UHGV virus genome: UHGV-0201141
Direction: 5' to 3' (one strand)
Source of the DNA: a virus
DNA length: 32,800 nucleotides
Shown here: positions 29,829-32,800 of the stretch, in pieces
How positions within the stretch are numbered: the stretch's first letter is position 1
How the letters are laid out: each line of letters begins with the position of its first letter
Made by a program: the position numbers and the translations under genes
The notes under the pieces: model-generated
Told to the model about the DNA's origin: nothing
What the model saw: the letters and a program-made list of their open reading frames with translations, nothing else
Database searches by the model: none

Positions 29829-31010
29829 CTATCTGAGATATAGCAATGTTGGTTGCTCCACCTTTTCATCAAGCCAGTCCGCCCACCACTGCATCATTTC
29901 TCTGCGCTTATCGAGATACTGAGCATGGTTGTAAATCCCGCGCACAGATCCGCCATTGGCATGTGCCAGTTGCACCTCAATAGCGTCAGCAGGCCATTCG
30001 TGCTCGTTCATAATCGTGCTGAATTCATGCCTGAATCCGTGACCGCTTTCCAGACCCTCATAGCCGATTTGTTTGATCACAAGTAGCACCGCGTTCTCGC
30101 AGATTGGCTTCTTCTTATCGTTGCGCCCGGCAAAAACAAACTCTGATACTGGTTTAGTGATTGAGCTTAGTGTAGTGAGAAGTTCAACCACCTGGTCTGA
30201 CATCGGGACAACATGAATTTTGCGTCCCTTCATCACACTGGCGTCGATGGTGATAATCATGTTTTCAAAATCGACGTTCTTCCATAGCATGGAACGAAGC
30301 TCTTTCGTTCTTAGGGCTGTGTAGCGTAAGACTTTGGTCGCAATGAGCGATACGATACTTCCTGAAAATGTTGCCAGTGCTTTGTTGAATGCAGGGATCT
30401 GGTCTGCTGGAAGAAACGGGAAGTTCTTCTTGCGGTATCCTTTCATGGCGTCTGCAAGGTCAGGTGCCGGGTTATATTTAGCCCTTCCGGTGACAATAGC
30501 GTAACGAAAAACCTCGCCGCATCTTCTGCGGGCTTTATTGGCTCGTTCCATTGCACCGCGATCTTCAAATCTGCGGATTACTTCCAGCAGTTGCATCGGC
30601 TCAATATCCTGAATCTCAAGACCGCCGATGATGGGCAAAATGTCGTCATCAAACATTTTGGCAAGTTCAGTCGCATACCCTACAGACCAGACTTGCTTCT
30701 TGTGCTCGTACCATTCCTTGTAAATGGCGCTAAAGGAATTGTTGTTAGACGAAGCCTTTTTCGCTTTTACCGGATCGATGCCAACCGAGATGTCTTTCCT
30801 CGCAGTCCATGCCTTATCCCTTGCCTCCTGCAAAGTCATAAGCGGATATTTTCCGACGGTCAGGATTTTCTCCTTACCGTCAATCTTGTAGCGAAGCTGC
30901 CATACCTTTTTCCCGGATACAGGGACATAAAGGTACAGGCCATTACCATCGAGAAGGCGGTATGGTTTTTCTTTCGGCTTTGCTGCTTCAATCTGCTTAA
31001 CGGTGAGCAT
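29829..31010 (-). CDS. intS: Tyrosine integrase, IntS/P4-like family
   Basis: C-terminal catalytic pattern HGFRHEFST...LAHANGGSVRGIYNHAQY; ATG at 31010 (MLTVKQIEAAKPKEKPYRL...) preferred over the track's GTG at 31046; lies beside the tRNA 3' end. Confidence 0.85.
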   Translation of the reverse strand: MLTVKQIEAAKPKEKPYRLLDGNGLYLYVPVSGKKVWQLRYKIDGKEKILTVGKYPLMTLQEARDKAWTARKDISVGIDPVKAKKASSNNNSFSAIYKEWYEHKKQVWSVGYATELAKMFDDDILPIIGGLEIQDIEPMQLLEVIRRFEDRGAMERANKARRRCGEVFRYAIVTGRAKYNPAPDLADAMKGYRKKNFPFLPADQIPAFNKALATFSGSIVSLIATKVLRYTALRTKELRSMLWKNVDFENMIITIDASVMKGRKIHVVPMSDQVVELLTTLSSITKPVSEFVFAGRNDKKKPICENAVLLVIKQIGYEGLESGHGFRHEFSTIMNEHEWPADAIEVQLAHANGGSVRGIYNHAQYLDKRREMMQWWADWLDEKVEQPTLLYLR

Positions 31011-31246
31011 GGGTAAAAATCCGGTGGGTAAAATTATTTTATCCACTTTTTACCCGTCATGGTGTGCGGCTGTCAACGATCTGACGCGAACCATTACGAA
31101 CTGTGAATCTATGGAAGGCTTGATATGCAGGGGATTTTGCGGACTAGTACGGATGGGAGCGAACTGATAAATGGTGTCCCCTGCAGGAATCGAACCTGCA
31201 ATTAGCCCTTAGGAGGGGCTCGTTATATCCATTTAACTAAGAGGAC
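31011..31246. other. Putative attL region (integrase-tRNA intergenic DNA plus tRNA 3' end)
   Basis: Inferred from the tRNA-int arrangement; core and arm sites not delimited because the second att copy lies outside the window. Confidence 0.4.
31172..31246 (-). tRNA. argW: tRNA-Arg (anticodon CCU)
   Basis: Reverse complement folds as a cloverleaf: acceptor stem GTCCTCT/AGGGGAC, anticodon stem AGCCC/GGGCT with loop CTCCTAA, T-loop TTCGATT, 3' CCA encoded. Confidence 0.9.
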
Positions 31247-31321
31247 AATGCGGCATGAGTATACCCGCTAATGGACTACGGGGTAAGTACACAGCCGCTC
31301 GATTGCTTAAACCCTCGCCAT

Positions 31322-32254
31322 TTATGCCGGGTTTTTATCATTTTTCTTAATGTTTTCCGCACGTTCTGCTTTTTGACGTGCTTCTACTTTGCGCTTGTTG
31401 CTCATGTCGTTACGAATCTGTGCATGACTCATTAACGCGAAGATAAAGGTGCCGCCGCAGATGTTCCCCGCTAAAGTAGGTAGTGCGAAGGGCCAGATGA
31501 AATCGCTCCAGTGCAGCGTGCCGTTAAACACCAGATAGAGGATTTCAACAGAACCGACAACGATGTGGGTGGTGTCACCCAGGGCAATAAGCCAGGTCAT
31601 CAATATAATCACCACAATCTTTGCCGCACCCGCTGCAGGAAACATCCATACCATAGTGGCGATCAGCCAGCCGGAAATGATCGCGTTGGCAAACATCTCG
31701 CTGGGGGTGTTCTTCATCACATCCATGCCGATTTTGACAAATGCATCGCGAGTTTCTTCATTGAAGATAGGCATATATTCAAATGCCCACGCAGCAATAC
31801 CTGTCCCGATAATATTACCCAGCAGCACGATGCCCCATAACCGCATAAGTAAGCCGACGTTGCTCATTGTCGGTTTTTGCATGACGGGTAGTACCGCAGT
31901 TACGGTGTTTTCGGTAAATAATTGCTGGCGGGCCATTATGACGATAATAAAACCAAAGGTATAACCGAGATTCTCCAGCAAGAAGCTGCCCGGCACGCCT
32001 TCCAGTTCGACATGAAATATCCCTTTTGCCAGTAGCGAAGCGCCCATCGACAGGCCCGCCGCAATGGCTGACCACAGTAGCGCCATTGCGTCGCGTTCCA
32101 GCTCTTTTTCACCATCCTGGCGGATATGCTCATGAATTGCCATCGCCCGGGAGGGGAGTCGGTCTTCATCTATTTCTATTTTTTTACCGCGCTCTTTTTC
32201 TTCGCTCTCAACTTCAATTTCGTCGCTGTGTTGATCAATTTTGTCGTTGTCCAT
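31322..32254 (-). CDS. yfdC: Formate/nitrite transporter family inner-membrane protein YfdC (host)
   Basis: 310-aa multi-TM protein; sequence and position next to argW match the E. coli yfdC-argW locus as I recall it. Confidence 0.8.
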   Translation of the reverse strand: MDNDKIDQHSDEIEVESEEKERGKKIEIDEDRLPSRAMAIHEHIRQDGEKELERDAMALLWSAIAAGLSMGASLLAKGIFHVELEGVPGSFLLENLGYTFGFIIVIMARQQLFTENTVTAVLPVMQKPTMSNVGLLMRLWGIVLLGNIIGTGIAAWAFEYMPIFNEETRDAFVKIGMDVMKNTPSEMFANAIISGWLIATMVWMFPAAGAAKIVVIILMTWLIALGDTTHIVVGSVEILYLVFNGTLHWSDFIWPFALPTLAGNICGGTFIFALMSHAQIRNDMSNKRKVEARQKAERAENIKKNDKNPA

Positions 32255-32547
32255 GGTCTCTTCTCTTGAATTAGCACGTATAGCTAAAGCGTAGCGGCTT
32301 TTTTGCTCGCAACTGGCGGGAGTTACTCTGAAAATGTAGAAAAGGCCGCGTTTGCCTTTTTCTGTTTCTATAGAATCAAGTAGCCTACAGGGCGGCGATT
32401 ACCAGGCTATGATCAAATCAGCAAATCAGGGCGTCTGGACATCAGTTGACGTGCTGTTACAATCGCCCACACCTAAACAGGCGGATACGGTATCGTTCCG
32501 TCATGGATGGCAAACTGCATAAGCCATAAAAAAACAGGGAGACATTT

Positions 32548-32800
32548 ATGAAGCTTCGCCTGTCGGCGCTTGCTCTGGGAACTACGCTTCTGGTGGGGTG
32601 TGCGAGTTCCGGTACAGATCAGCAAGGGCGTTCTGACCCGTTAGAAGGGTTTAACCGCACTATGTACAACTTCAACTTCAATGTATTAGACCCGTATATT
32701 GTTCGACCGGTCGCTGTCGCCTGGCGTGATTATGTTCCGCAACCTGCGCGTAACGGTTTGAGCAACTTTACCGGCAACCTTGAAGAACCTGCGGTGATGG
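32548..32800 (+). CDS. mlaA: Outer-membrane lipoprotein MlaA/VacJ, 5' fragment (continues beyond window; host)
   Basis: N-terminus MKLRLSALALGTTLLVGCASS (lipobox); GGGAG RBS; neighbour of yfdC. Confidence 0.8.
   Translation, partial: MKLRLSALALGTTLLVGCASSGTDQQGRSDPLEGFNRTMYNFNFNVLDPYIVRPVAVAWRDYVPQPARNGLSNFTGNLEEPAVM

Larger units (their letters stand above)
1..31171. mobile_element. Mosaic lambdoid/P22-like prophage, right-hand portion (left end lies outside the window); ends at the 3' end of tRNA-Arg
   Basis: Continuous + strand block in canonical phage order: cII remnant, replication, nin genes, Q, lysis, terminase, portal, scaffold, coat, tail/ejection genes, tailspike, then an integrase beside a tRNA; host genes yfdC and mlaA follow. 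Confidence 0.85.

Noticed and set aside
31511-31964. ORFs antisense to yfdC
   Set aside because: Lie inside a conserved host transporter gene on the opposite strand.
1-32800. CRISPR array, rRNA, or insertion sequence
   Set aside because: No regularly spaced direct repeats, no rRNA-like segments and no transposase-like ORF with terminal inverted repeats were seen.

Overview
The window is the right-hand ~31 kb of a mosaic lambdoid/P22-like prophage integrated at the host tRNA-Arg(CCU) gene (argW locus), followed by about 1.6 kb of host chromosome (yfdC and the 5' end of mlaA). Read left to right on the + strand: the 3' end of a cII-like gene; a replication module (O-like initiator containing an iteron/AT-rich origin, plus a DnaB-type helicase); a nin-type region of small translationally coupled genes (NinB, NinE, NinF, DUF1364/YbcO-like, RusA, NinH); a lambda-type late control and lysis cassette (Q, PR'/qut, S holin with dual start, R endolysin, Rz with embedded Rz1); a Rha-family gene; P22/Sf6-type packaging and virion genes (small and large terminase, portal, scaffold, coat, gp4, gp10, tail needle, gp14-, gp7-, gp20-, gp16-like ejection proteins); an immI-like accessory region; a 901-aa tailspike; and an IntS-type tyrosine integrase beside the tRNA. 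The most unusual part is the immI-like region (23.6-26.9 kb): a lambda-CI-like repressor whose S24 domain appears to lack both the catalytic serine and the Ala-Gly cleavage site, cotranscribed with a small secreted protein, divergent from an Arc-like/Bro-N antirepressor operon, with an Mnt-like gene relocated next to the tailspike. I found no CRISPR array, rRNA, or transposase. All calls rest on reading the sequence and recalling protein families from memory; no database search was run, so names are best-supported hypotheses.
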